Source: Octopus sinensis (Eukaryota). From it: a DNA stretch of 64,000 nt. Shown piece by piece: positions 37,568 to 51,210 of this stretch. The position numbers and the translations under genes are program-made. The first letter of the stretch is position 1, and each line of letters opens with the position of its first letter. The stretch lies in NCBI RefSeq assembly GCF_006345805.1, contig NC_042998.1:123628001-123692000 (forward strand). Direction: 5' to 3'. Under the pieces are notes generated by a model. It did no database searches, was not told the DNA's origin, and was given only the letters and a program-made list of their open reading frames with translations.

Positions 37568-40190
37568 CAAGGGTTCAGGAGAGTTAAAAATTACATGTTT
37601 AAACCATCAAAGGTTCGAATATTCACAGAATTTTCAATGCGTTTCGCAAGGATCGATATCAATATCAATGTTGATGTTCAGTGAACATCAGAACAAATGT
37701 ACATTATTAAAAGTTCAGTCATATTGTGTTCTTATAAAATAAGTAGAGAAGAAAAAGAAAAAGGTGGCGAGAAAGAAAAAATGGTTATTTTACACTTTCT
37801 TTCGTGGTGCGTGTAGTTCTTTTCAATTTCAGTCTCAGTGCACTGGTTTCTTCACCTTTCAGGGCTTGTTGAAATACATTGTGTTCAACCTTTTAGTATA
37901 TATATGTTTTTGCGAAAAAGAATTTAATATTTGATTGGTTATGATTTTGTTGACGTCTTATTCTTTTCTCGTGGATACTTTGGTTAAAATATTTTTGTTT
38001 TGGAAAAGTTTAATGTTTTGGTCGGTTGGCTTTCTGGTGATGACCACGGTCAAGGAACAAGTTCTGATTGGTTGTAGATTTTGTGATCTCACTTTATTTT
38101 GATCAAAAATATTTCCCGTTTTCGACAAAATATTTTTGTTTCGGTAACATTCAGCGTTCTTCTTGGTTGACTTCCTTGTAGGGATTCGGTAAATTGTTTT
38201 TGCTTGATGGTCGTCTAACGTTCTGGCTGGTTGGTTCCTTTAAGAAGTCACTGTTTGCTTTTTTCTTTGGGTCTGGTCTGACAAGAGGAAAAATTCATTG
38301 TTTTTGTCATATGTGACGTCAGCAACTAGTCTTTGAAGTGCATGCTGTTATTGTATAATAATTTGGAGTTGGGTTTTCGAATCCCTGGGGGAGGCTGTTA
38401 TTTAAAGCTTTCGAATTATATTTGTTGTATCTGGTCGTTTTTCGCGGAAAAATTGGGTTTTCTCTTTCTAGCGTGTTATTATAGGATATTTAGTTGAGGT
38501 TTCTATTTTTTAATGTGCATCCTTTTCACTATTCAGTTGGAATTAGGTTGAAGTGTTTCCGGTACTTTGATAGAGACGGCAAATTTGGTATTTCGGATTT
38601 ATGAGCTAAGTGTTTGTTTGCGGGAATTTTCCTGGTGGTGGGTTCCCAGATCTGCTGCCTATATACCGTGGGTCTGTCTCTCAAGGTCAAGCTAGCTAGA
38701 CCGATACAGCCCCCACCACACCCACCATTTTACGATGCACGGGTGAAGTGACTTTTTATGATCAATATTTGACTTGACTTGAAACTTCCAAAAGATTGAT
38801 GCAAATACCGCTTTTGGAGCGGTCGCACTTTTTGACTAGTGGGTTTGTATTTTTGGTGGGTAATTTGGCGCTGGTAAGTAAACTTTTTAGGGATTTGTGT
38901 TGTCTTTTACTTTTAACAATTCCATGTTCTTCAAGTGCTTTTTTCCCTCGCAGGTCGTTCAGCAGTATATTCTGATGAATAATGTTGTTTGCTTCCATGT
39001 TCTTTGGATTGTGTGTTGATACGTGAGACAAGGTTTTTAAGTGTGTCATGGTGTTTTCAGCGTTTTTGTATGTTTTATTCCATCTTTGATTAAATTAACA
39101 AGGTACTTTCTTTTTAGAAATATATTTTTAAGTTCTTGGTGTCGTCTATATCGAGTTTCGGGATTTGATGCAATCGTGCAAATTCTTCTTGCCAAATTGA
39201 AAGGTTTATTGATGTTAGTATGCTTTGGGTAGCAGGAAAATAATACTCGATATTGTTTCGAGTCTGTTGGTTCCAAACAGATGACGGCTTCAATGCTAAT
39301 GTCTCTTTTTAAGATTAACGTGTCCAGAAAGGGTAGCTGTTTGTCACTGTATTCCATTGTGAAATGGATTCGGTGGTTAATGTTGTTGATTAAGGTTTTA
39401 AATTCTAAGAGTTGCTCAAGCTTATGTGACCACAGAATGAAACAATCGTTCAGGTAGCATTTCAAGTTGGCAAATAAGTATTTTTGGAAGTTGTCGCCAA
39501 ATTTTAGTCTAGCGTGTTCATATATTTGGACTTCCAAGTATGCTATGGCAAGGTTAGCGAAAGTAGGGGCTAACCTCGTTCCTATCGCAGTCCCCGATAT
39601 TTGTCTGTTGGTGTTCTCGTTGAATTTGAAGAAGTTGTTCTGTAGGATGAATTGTGATCCCTCAATGGTGAATCCTCTTCCAAATCGGTCAGGAATGTCA
39701 TTTGGGAATTTCTTCCGTCAGTATTGTACAGCTTCTGTTCCGTATTCGTGAGGCATCGAGGTGTAGAGGTTTATTACATCGAGTGAGACCAGAAGGGATT
39801 TCTTGCTGGTTTTGCTCCAGAGATGGTGTAAAAATGTCCAGGCCATCGCTTGCGAAATTGGTATATGCAGGAAAGCAGGTTTTAGGAGGACGTCAATAAA
39901 GTTACTGAGTCTGTGTCTCACAGGATGGACCGTCCACAATTGGCCTCATTTTGAAATTTCTCGGATGTGGAATATTTATGACTAAACAAATCAATGTGCT
40001 TCAGACTCCCTTTATGGCTTCCGTTCTTTGGAATTCGGGGAGCCCATAAGGTTACTGGTTTTGTAGTCAAATCTAGTTAAGTTAAACCTCTCCTCAGGTA
40101 AATCTTATTGGAACTGATAGATAAGGGCTTTGCATTTTTTGGATTGACTATAGTTGTCGATTTTTTCGCAGTAGGTATTGTCTTGTCTTA
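37568..40190 (-). mobile_element. Second, more decayed Neptune-like PLE in tandem orientation
   Basis: HRLSNFIDVLLKP, LVSLDVINLYTSMPHEYG, QISGTAIGTRLAPTFANLA, KCYLNDCFILW, FTMEYSDKQLPFLD, PFNLARRICTI, VKKCDRSKSGIC; many frameshifts. Confidence 0.9.
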
Positions 40191-40355
40191 TACGATGGAC
40201 TTCTTTCAGTTTCCGTCTGCCATATTCACTCAGAAAACTTTAGTCGACTCGAGACTATGGTAGAAGGCACTTGCCGATTGTGCTGTGTAGTGGAACTGAA
40301 ACCGGAAACATGTGGTGGGAAGCAAGCTTTCTACCACACAACCCCCACCTGCTCC
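40191..40355 (-). mobile_element. SINE family B, tRNA-like head, abutting the truncated 5' end of the PLE
   Basis: Reverse complement has A-box-like TGTGTGGTAG, B-box-like GGTTTCAGTTCC and GGCAGACGGAAACTGAAAGAAG, shared with ~42700-42820. Confidence 0.75.
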
Positions 40356-40375
40356 GATATATTATTTATTACATC

Positions 40376-40423
<48 letters not shown>

Positions 40424-41156
40424 GAGAGCGTGGGTATAAAGAGGGAGTTCCTTTGGTAGTGCCATTTAGGGATTTGTGGATTACGTCTAGGGACACGGAG
40501 AGAAGCTATTATGTTTTTAAAGAAATAGCCAAAATTCCCTTACCTAAGAAATATAACGTATCTTACAAGAGTTTATCGAAACCATGATGCTGTTTCAAGT
40601 TGCTAGCAACCTCGATTTTTTAACTTTCTTTTTATAGTTATTTCCTTTCTTTTATGTTGAAATATTTTATTTTCACCACTTCAATTTACTTCTCTAACAC
40701 ATTTTTCTCTTTTCTCCGTGCTTTTATTCCTTATTCCTTATTGCTTACGTATCCATTCACAATGCCTTTTGTTATTCTTTCTAGTTTTCACTCTTCTTTA
40801 GTTCTTATTTTGTATATGTTAGAATTCCAGCATCTAAAGATGCGCATAGCTTTAATAATGAACATTATGACTTAACTCGCTTTCTGAAAACCATTCATTG
40901 TCCCATGACCAGTAGTTTGTAGCGACAATGATAGTTTAAGTAGCAACAATAAACTGAAATTCTAACATGGCGAATTCACGTGTTGGTAACTGGTAACTAG
41001 GTTTACCCACCCTTATCTTTCTCTACTGTATGATATTTTATGACATATCCTATACATTACTATGGTTCATACATCATTTTACGTTCTCACTTTCAGGAAA
41101 GATACAAGATCCATATACATCCATAAATATATATACATATATATATATATATATAT

Positions 41157-41234
<78 letters not shown>

Positions 41235-41357
41235 ATAGACCTGTCTGTATTTATCCTTTATATATGTGTCTGCATCTATGTACAATGTATATTTTTCACC
41301 CTTTGCAGCCGTTAATTCTGTGTGAATGTGTGTGTACTTGTGTGTGCGTGTGTGTGC

Positions 41358-41395
<38 letters not shown>

Positions 41396-42095
41396 ATGTG
41401 TGTTGCCAAGTTACGTAAGTTTAATGCTTATCAGTTTATATGCAACATTTACGCATAAAATGTCAACATACTGACAATAAAATACACCACTTTTTCCCAT
41501 TTTTATGCTTAAACTCTTTGTCTTTTACGATGTTTTGCTTATGATTTCTGTTGGAAAGTTCCAAAAATAAGGCTTCCATTCTATTTTGGAGCAATCTTGA
41601 ACTTATGGACATGAAAAGAGATTTCATAATTATGACTTATCATGGTCACTGCCATAAAGAAACGATCATATATACGATGAGATTGTGCAACCACGTTTTT
41701 ATTCAATATAAACGTAGATTTGTTTAATATATCTTGAATAAATTTGCTACTCAAGCGTTGTTTCCTGCTCCGGTCTATACGTAAAAATATGATATCGCGG
41801 TCAAATCCCACACCGCAAATTGGAAAAACTAATCTTAGCAACCTGTCATGACTGGAATACCGATCACTACCATTAGGCTCATTAAGGACTACTCAACAAA
41901 ATCTTCACCAAATGCATGAACATCATTCTGTTTTTTTTTTTTTTGTAGCCATGCATTAGAAATTCATAATGTATAATTGAAGAATGACATGAAGAAATCT
42001 GTACTTAATAATGTTAGAGTGAAATATCCATATTGCTAAAGTAGTGAGATGATTATTTATGTATTGTCATTTCACATTCATTCTATGCTCCTCTC

Positions 42096-42129
<34 letters not shown>

Positions 42130-42248
42130 ACCCGGTGTCACAGGCGTTATTTCAGTTAACTTTGCTGCCTTGAGATTTTGTGAAAAAAAAACAGTTACGT
42201 AGCAAACTAATTAATACGTTTGGCATTTATTTATTACACATAATGTGA

Positions 42249-42302
<54 letters not shown>

Positions 42303-42479
42303 TGTGTATGTGTGTGTACAGACAGGAAATTTATAATAATCGGCTGAAGAAAACTATATTGAAATTTAAAGTATGCACACTCTTCTTTGTGTGTATGTAT
42401 CAGCATACTTCCAGAAAAATCAATATTTTTACAGACACAGGTATACATACATACATACACACATACATACACACATATG

Positions 42480-42527
<48 letters not shown>

Positions 42528-42695
42528 TACATGCGTATATATGTATGTATAATGCCTATATATACAGGATATTTAGTGAGATACAATTTTATGCATAAGT
42601 GTACCTGATGAGACCTAGGCTGCAAAATTATATACAAATATAAACAAATATATACACATTTATATGTATATATATATACACACACACATACACAT

Positions 42696-43180
42696 AGGCG
42701 CAAGTTTGGGTTCAGTCTTACTGCCTGGCACATTGGGCAAGTGTCTACTATTATAGCCTCGGCCTGACCAAATCCTTGTGAGTGGATTTGGTAGAGGGGA
42801 AACTGAAAGGCGCCCGTCGTTTATATATACACACATACACACACACATACACACACACATATATATATATATAGAGAGAGAGAGGGAGAGAGAGTGAGAG
42901 AGATACATATATACATACATATATATATACTTGCATATTAATATATGTCTGTGTGTGTATGCGTGTGTGTGTATATATGTATATATCTATGTGTATCTTT
43001 TTTTATCCCCCCATCAACGCCTGACAACCGGTGTTGGTGTGTTTACGTCCCCATAAATTAGCAGTTCGGCAAAACGTGCCGACAGATTAATTACTCCACT
43101 TAAAATAGAAATAAATCCAAGGAGGTGCTCGCACATGGCCGCAGTCAAATGAATGAAGCGAGTAAGGGAATAAAAGAATA
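42696..43180 (+). mobile_element. SINE family B with internal microsatellite
   Basis: GGGTTCAGTC B-box-like motif, CCTTGTGAGTGGATTTGGTAGA..GAAACTG, internal (CA)/(TA)/(GA), and a 3' part matching 34961-35160. Confidence 0.78.
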
Positions 43181-43937
43181 TTTTCCTTCCGACATAGGCA
43201 CAAAAGCAAAATTACTGAGTTGGCTAGCAACAAATAGTGTTTGAAATCGAACCCCACAATGAATACGTTAAAGTGGAAAATAGTCGAAAATTCCACACCA
43301 TATCTTCACGGATCAACACAATGTAAGCTATAGGTACCTCAAATAACTCGGATCCTTTTCATATTTGAGATCACTAACTCACCGTTCAACTCTAGATCCG
43401 AAATTTTCCGCAGTTATAGGCATGTGCCTAAGTTCCTGTTGAAAATTTGCGAAATACTTTACCCAGCGGATTAAATTATCTTTAGATTTAAAGACATTAC
43501 CTTTTCAGCCTTATAATTTGCAGTCTAAGGGAAGTAACTCTTATTCCCCTTCTGCTTCTCTGATTAACTTTTCGTTTTCGGTTTTCGGTTTTTCGGTTTT
43601 TCGGTTTTTCAGCCTTCCACTTTTTATATATGCTACATTCTCGTCTTTTCTCGCCTTTTCCCTCATTCCATTATTAGTTCGTAATGCCATGTAAGCAGCA
43701 TCTGTTAATTGCGCTGGGACATCAGGCGTGTTATAAAACATAGTTTGGCCTGCTCTCGGCACATGAATCTAATAGTAGCTCATAAAAACAGACGTTGCGT
43801 TTATTAAATAATATTTATCTCTCATCAGATGGAGAACCTTTTATGATGATCTTACCATCCCATCAAGGAACAATACACTATATGTATATATATATATATG
43901 TGTATATATGAATATATATATATATATGTGTATATAT

Positions 43938-43969
<32 letters not shown>

Positions 43970-45325
43970 ATTATGTATGTGTGTGTGTGTATGTGTGTGT
44001 GTGTTTGTGTGTAATATCATATATATTATAACCTGAAAAGTTCATTAAAGGATATTTGGAGTGTTAAGAGCAGCTACACAAACCTAAATATATCCGCTCT
44101 AAATCTGTTGAATCCAATTGTCAGATCGCGAATCCACCGTTGATGAAGAAGTATTCGCTGAAGAACAAACAAATAGAAGCTAGAATGTGTAATTATGCTG
44201 ATAATTTGGAAATGCATCGTGGCTAAGACTACCGAAACGCATACTGATACATGATGATTCAATAAACGAAATAGATTTATTGCGGTAAATTTCTCTCCGA
44301 ATTTTTTACCGATCTCATTAACTTAATATAAAAGTTTGATTGCATTCCAACTTTTTCTGTTAAACATTCAACGATTAGGTAACACCTTTTAACCATTCCT
44401 CACAAGTACAAATTACTGCATAGAAAATATAGGAACTCGATATCATATCACATTTTAGGTATTTAGCAAATGTTATCGTAAGTGACAATACTATAAATAT
44501 AGAAGTGAAAGAACTATCGCTGTGTTGTGAATAAAAGCTCTTGTGGATGAATGCACCATCCGTAGCAATCGCCAAACATCCTTACGTTTCATTATCTACT
44601 TACCGCTCCAACTTCAAATACAGGAAATTAAACTCCTCAGGAATAGACATGGGTGGGGGAAGTAAGATTTGTCCTGATGATTTTCATTTTACAATTAAAA
44701 TTAATAAGTGGTTTGATTAATAGAACATATAGCTATTGTAATCATGTTGTTCCATACCTTGTAAAGCAGAGACGTGTGTAAATTCAACTAATTCGATACA
44801 GAAATACTTCGTTGTAAAAGGTTTCAACTTCAAGAAACTTGCTAAGTCACTTCAGATATTTGGTAAAAAAAAAGATGGTGATCTAATGTTCGATGTTTTG
44901 TATAATGATATAAGGATATCAGTCACATGAGGTCATCCCAATGATGGTTGAACGTGTGCAAGTGTTTATACTTCACTCATGCAGGAGACGAATCTCGTGC
45001 AAATCTTCATGTTAAATAGAAAAAAGGAAGACTTCACAGCCTCACACACCATGACTAGCCACACCATGGATAAATTGTGCAAGGTCCTGAAATATATATA
45101 GTAAGTTTAAATATCTCTATCATCCTAAACTTACATATTACAAATCTCAAACAGGGTAGGAAATTAGGAGGAAATTGTATATACCCACAACAACTCCAAT
45201 TAACCGCAAGTGTATATAGCAATAAACGTAAGCTGGGGAATTTTCAAATTATCATTCAAAAAAGAAATTTTCGAGACGAGGCTGCTACTATACTGAAACC
45301 TTCCTTTTCATATATGTATGTATAT

Positions 45326-45397
<72 letters not shown>

Positions 45398-48121
45398 TAT
45401 ATATATTCGTGCTAAGAAATATTTTTCGAAATTTTCTATCTTCCGTAAAGGCCCACTTTCAAGCTACAAACAAATACCACAAATCCAATCTTCCAATCTT
45501 AGCGCTTCTTTGGCAGATGACGTTATCTCCCACATGAAATGTGATAACAAAAAGCGTACCTTTCTACAGACCCTAAACTAGCAACCTGCCTGCAACTGCT
45601 GATTTCAATGACCGAAAGGCTCAGGTTTTATTTTCTATTGCTTTTGGAAACTTGGATTCTGAAAATTAGTGGGAAGAAGCTTTGTATCCGGTTCTAAAAT
45701 AGGCCTCTGCCGGGTCTGATTTACTGGGCATGAGTGATAGGATGCTAAATTGTCTGTGTCTAACTGGAATTACAACCCCTACCATTGTACATATGCCGGT
45801 AAGTCTTTGTTTAGTGCATATGATTTTCAAATATCAACATACGTATGTATATAAACATGCATATGCATGTGTGTATGCAATATCGGTTACTTGATCTTAG
45901 GTTAGAAATAAGCACACCCAATATGAATAATGGAGCGACTACTTTCTCTACATATCATCGAAGTGAATACTACTAGTTATGACATATAAAATAATCAGAA
46001 TTACGCACGCACACACACACACACACACACAGATACACACACACGCATACACACACAAAAGTACACAAACATACACAAACAACACAAAAGAGTCAAAGAA
46101 CGAAGAATATTGACCTATGATGGAGAGTAACAATAATAGGAAATATAAAAAAAAAAACTTCTCATAGATTTTCTGAATAACCCAACATTAACAATTTGCT
46201 TTTTCACATTTTAAAAACTATTCACGGCTTTCTTTTTGGAATATGGAAAATTCCGAATATGCGTAATGCTGTCAAAATTCATTATCTTTGAACTCCACAT
46301 TCTTTTAGTGACGGCGTTTATAATCCTTCACCTTCAGACAATATAATCTATTATTATTTACAGGAAGTGTCTGGTTTTATAGGACAGGTGCTATATTAAA
46401 TTATGTGTGTGTGTATAAAGCGTAAGTGTGAGTGTTTTTATGTACATGTTTATATTAAATGTATATATCTGCGCGCGCGCGCGCGTGTGTGTGTTACTTA
46501 GTCTGATCACCAATTATGCAGTGTATTAGATTACATATTTGCTGTATGGTTTATGACCTACCAGCGAATGTTTTATATATCTTGTACTTCCGTTCTAGTG
46601 TCTAACAACTGTTGATGCTTATGTATTATGTTAAAGTAATCACTGAAATATCTTGTTTTTTTTTCTTTTTTAGCAATACTATCTATGATAATTACGCTAC
46701 ACTAAAGAATGTGGATATATATAAAATGTGGGTATAAAAATAAGAAACTTTTGGTAAAATATTTTGTGATTGGGAACATAATCCAGATACAAAAATACGC
46801 CCATCGAAAATGAGTATATAAGAATTTTTTTCTTTACAAGTATCATTTTTATAACACATGCATAAAAAATGTTATGTAGGATGTATGTAAATTACAGTTA
46901 CACATTTCATGAGGCAAAATAAACATTCTTTTTACGAGTCCTGGCAAAAAGGAATTACATCTTAGAATATCCCAAACGTACTCCCTTCAGTTAGTCTTGT
47001 ATAAAGACTAGATGATCGACATTAAAAAAAAAAATAATGATTCTATTGATGCTCTGTGCAAAGAAAGATTTGGGTCTATCAATAGGTAATGTGGAAAATG
47101 GCTCGTACTTGCAATTTCTATGAAAGCTGTAATAATGCTGGTAGCTGTAAGTTGTGCATGAATTTATAGTGCATTGGTTAATGTAGCATGTCGTAAATGT
47201 AGAAACCTTATAGCTAGAAGCCTACCGTTGTGTCATGGCCGATAAGGAAATTGCATAATTGTATCTGATTGTAACGGGTACTGTGAGTCTGATTTGCACA
47301 ACGAGTCGGCTAGTAAAGGAAACAGGGCTGGTAAGTGAGCTGCATAGCTGGTGAAAGCTGTTGTATCAGCACCAGTGAGTGAGCTGCATAGTTACCGGTA
47401 AAGTGCCAAACGCGCATTTCGTGGGAAAGAGTAAGAGTAAACTGACTTGTTGATATATATCATTCTACACTTAGAATATTCCATTTTTACATGTATTTCG
47501 AACGGTGATGATATGGAATGTTTCATCGAGAACGTCGATGTTTCGAAACGATGTCAAGAAATATTAACGAAATTGTATTCTGACTGAAAAGAAAGCAATT
47601 TTTGTAGCAACACATTTGCTGACATGATATTTGTTCATCCTTTATGTAACAAAATGTGTCACCTGTATTCGTATACTAAATCGTAAAATCATATATTTGA
47701 TATATTAGGGTCTTTTGTTTTGTTTTGTGATTTTAGATATAATGGATACGTTACAATATATACATATATATGTGATAATTTGCTAAATAGCAGTAGATTC
47801 TTCAATATTTCAGCATAGGTATTTTCTTTCATGGTGCTCTTTAGCTTTATGTTAACGTCCCCTGGGCAGATGCTTCCGACAGCTGCACACAGTTACTCTT
47901 CTCTATTTCAATTTATTAGGTCAGGTCTATTATGCTTACATTTTATTCAGGTTTTCACTGTATGTATGTATATATGTAAGTAATAGAAGGTGCTTCTTGT
48001 GGCTATGCATTGCTTTAACTCTTATTTATAGCAATACTGGTGCTGACTAGCGCCGCCAGTCACTTTAGTGACGTGTATATTTCATCATTTCGGTCGTAAA
48101 ATTGTGAACAAGCAACACTTA

Positions 48122-48602
48122 TCTATATATATAAAACTGATTCCTAACTACTCCCACATTTTGCGGTGCAGTTTAATCAAATTCGGGTATCTTATAGTCG
48201 TGATTCATATCGAGCCCGTTTGGGTATTAGCGCGCATCTACGATGAGTTTACGATTTTAAAAATAATTTAACATCATTTTTTATTCCATTTTAATGCATA
48301 ATTTTTCGTGTGTCGATGGCGGCGGAGTTGGCGTCCACGCTCACATCTGCACCTGTTTGCTTCTCTCCCTTCTTCCCTCCCTCGTGAAGCTGTGGGGAAG
48401 GGAGTGTAAGGAAATCAACGTCGTAAAGCGTTGTCAAGGAGACCAGCGTTTTTTTTAGAACAACGACTTCATGGCTTGAAGACACCAAAACAGAAATGGC
48501 TAAGAAAGCCCGAATTGGCATCTATAAGGGAAGTAACTCTCTAAAAATGCTTATATAGTTATTTCCCTTACAAACCCGAGCAACGCCGGGCGATACTGCT
48601 AG
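48122..48602 (+). mobile_element. Non-autonomous Helitron
   Basis: 5' TC start (A|TCTATATATATAAAA), 3' hairpin CCCG-agcaacgc-CGGG (48575-48590), CTAG end (48599-48602) followed by T; A|T insertion with no TSD. Confidence 0.8.
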
Positions 48603-49088
48603 TTATTTATAATTTTAATTTTGCCCGTTTATGAAATCAACGTGTGTTTTCTATGATAATCTTATAAACTGACAAAGTGAGGTGCATTTAACCCAAGGCG
48701 CTAGATGAGAGTCACGAACGATAATTAATATAAATGCGAAATCGCTGTGATCTGGGTATGTCTAGGCGTTAAGTGAGCTTCCCTCCCTTGTCAGTCATTA
48801 AGATAAGGTGTTTGTTGTCTTGCAATACTGGTGTTGACTAGTGCCTTCAGTCACTTTAGTAACGAAAGTATCTCTGCCTTTCGTTTTTAAAATTGCGAAC
48901 AAGCTACACTTCTTATATATATATAGGGTTGAACAGAAAGAACGCAACTGTGTGGAAAATTTAAACGAAAACACAGCAAACAGAAAAAACAGTAAAATCA
49001 CAACAGACAGAAAACTAGACGAAAACGTAACAAAAAGAAATTCGACAAATACACAATACACGGAAAATTCGCAGTTGATATATATATA

Positions 49089-49492
49089 CAGAGAGAGAGA
49101 GAGAGAGAGCGGAGAGCGAGAGAGAGAGAGGAGGTGAGACGAATAAGAATAAGAAGGAGGAGGAGGAGAAGAAGAAGGAGGAGAAGAAGAAGAGAAGAAG
49201 AAGAAGAGGAGAAGAGGAGGAGGAGAAGAAGAAGGAGGAGAAGAAGAAGGTGGAGGAGGAGGAGGAGAAGAAGAGGAGGAGAAGAAGAAGGAGGAGAAGA
49301 AGAAGGTGGAGGAGGAGGAGAAGAAGAAGAAGAAGAGAAAGAAAAAGAAGAAGGAGAAGAAGAAGAAGAAGAAGAGGGAGAAGGAGAAGAAGAAGAAGAA
49401 AAAGAAGAAGAAGGAGAAGAAGAGGGAGAAGAAGAAGAAGAAGAAGAAGAAGAAGAAGAAGAAGAAGAAGAGAAGAAGAAGAAGAAGAAGAA
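49089..49492. repeat. ~400-bp polypurine tract (GA)n/(GAA)n/(GGA)n
   Basis: Directly visible; source of the poly-E/R/K ORFs. Confidence 0.95.
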
Positions 49493-50091
49493 GCTATAGA
49501 GTGAGGTGTATAATTTTACGTATTCCTCATTTTTCTGCAATTTTACAGTGCGTGTGCGAAACCCTACCAACATTTCTCCATACTATTTTTTTTCATTGCA
49601 TTCATTGCTGCACAAACCTCGCTCGACATTTCCTGTTTCAAGTTTTAGAAAACTACGATTCTATTTCATTTATACTTCTTCCTTTTACCAGTTTTTGCCT
49701 TCTGTCCTAGTTATGGTTTTTTCGCAACACGATGCCAAATTACAGGACGGAATATTCTGATTTCGTAAATTTTATAACTTCTATAAAGGCACTAGTAAAT
49801 GAGCTGTATTTTCTATAGCGTGTAATCTGACCATAACGTTGTTACTAATTCACCTGGTTTGACGTGTGCCATTTGTCATTTGCACGATATAAACTGGCGC
49901 AACAAATTACAAAACCCTTCTTTCTTTTTCTTTTTAGAAACTGATTAAATTTGTAACTGAGGAGTGTTGCAAATTGAAGCAATAATTCTGTGGATTCTAC
50001 ACTAATGTATAACAACAATCTCCTTTAAGTGCATATATAATCATGTGAACAATGAAATAAGTTTCTGTACTGAAAATGTATGGTAGTCATA

Positions 50092-50334
50092 AAATCTTTT
50101 CTGCTCTAGGTACAAGGCCCGACATTTTGAGAGAGTGTGTGGGTGGGTGAGTGGGTGGGTTTGGGGCAATCGATTAGATAGACCCCAGTTCGCAAATTGT
50201 ACTTAATTTATCGACCCTGAAATGATGAAAGGCTAAGTCGACCTCGGCGGAATTTGAACGCAGAACGTAAATACAGACGAAATACCACTAAGCATTTCGC
50301 CCAGCGTGCTAACGTTTCTGCCAGCTCACCTCCT
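50092..50334 (-). mobile_element. Full-length SINE family A with 11-bp TSD
   Basis: TGGTAGTCATA at 50081-50091 and 50335-50345. The minus strand contains GCCGAGGTCGACTTAGCCTTTCATCATTTCAGGGTCGATAAATTAAGTAC (Meta-SINE-like domain). Confidence 0.88.
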
Positions 50335-50779
50335 TGGTAGTCATATAAGTTCATACGAATGTAGTAATAAGATTAAGGAACAGAACAATATATCTGTATC
50401 CAAAACTCAGTATATCACATTGCCCTTTTTTCTCAAATGATAGGAATGGGATAATACTATTATAATAATATAAGCACTATTGCGATGAAATGCCAATAGG
50501 CGATGTAAATAAGTAATACATTTTTCCACTGAGTGCTTCTAGTTAGGAAATTTTATATTGAATAATGAATATAATATAACAGCTAACTGGACAACTATAA
50601 TGGGATAAGAGATAAAACAGGTATAAGGAAAGGAATTTATCACGGGATATAATCGTATGGTCTTGATTTTGTGATTAAAAAGTGTGTATGACAACCAAAT
50701 TGTTCCAAATTCGATCACCTGGAAGGGCTTTGATGCAATGCCTAGATTGATCAATATACATTTTGAATGGTTCCACATG

Positions 50780-51210
50780 AAAATTTTCCGGATCGTTGTA
50801 TGTGCGTCCATATACACGCACCAACACGGTATATTGTCCAATAGCCAAATACACGTACACACACACACAAACACACAGACACAGACACACACACAAACGC
50901 ACCAACCGAAAGCGCACATACACATATGCTTGATGGCCTCTTACACAAACACTCATAAATTGGAAATAGAAACACACACTTACACATATGCTAAACGCAC
51001 ACAGTATATACGCACATGATAGCATTTTATACACCCACATATAAACATCTGATAACCTCATATGCACACACATACATCAGATAGCCTCGCTCGCCTATAC
51101 ACGCCCATACACACGTACACAAATCGAGCGTGCGCTCCCATGCGCATACATACACACATTACATTCATTCAAGTGCTTTCACACACATATATATCAGGCC
51201 ACACCTGTTT
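50780..51210 (+). mobile_element. CA-rich fragment resembling the Neptune-like 3' region at 5100-5330
   Basis: Shared words TCAGATAGCCTC and GCTTTCA.ACA.ATA..(C)AGGCCA. Confidence 0.4.

Noticed and set aside
45585-45630. CTGAT...GAAA as a hammerhead
   Set aside because: The core is not CTGANGA and no stems I-III can be formed.
48998-49710. Poly-E/R/K/S ORFs
   Set aside because: Artefact of the polypurine microsatellite.
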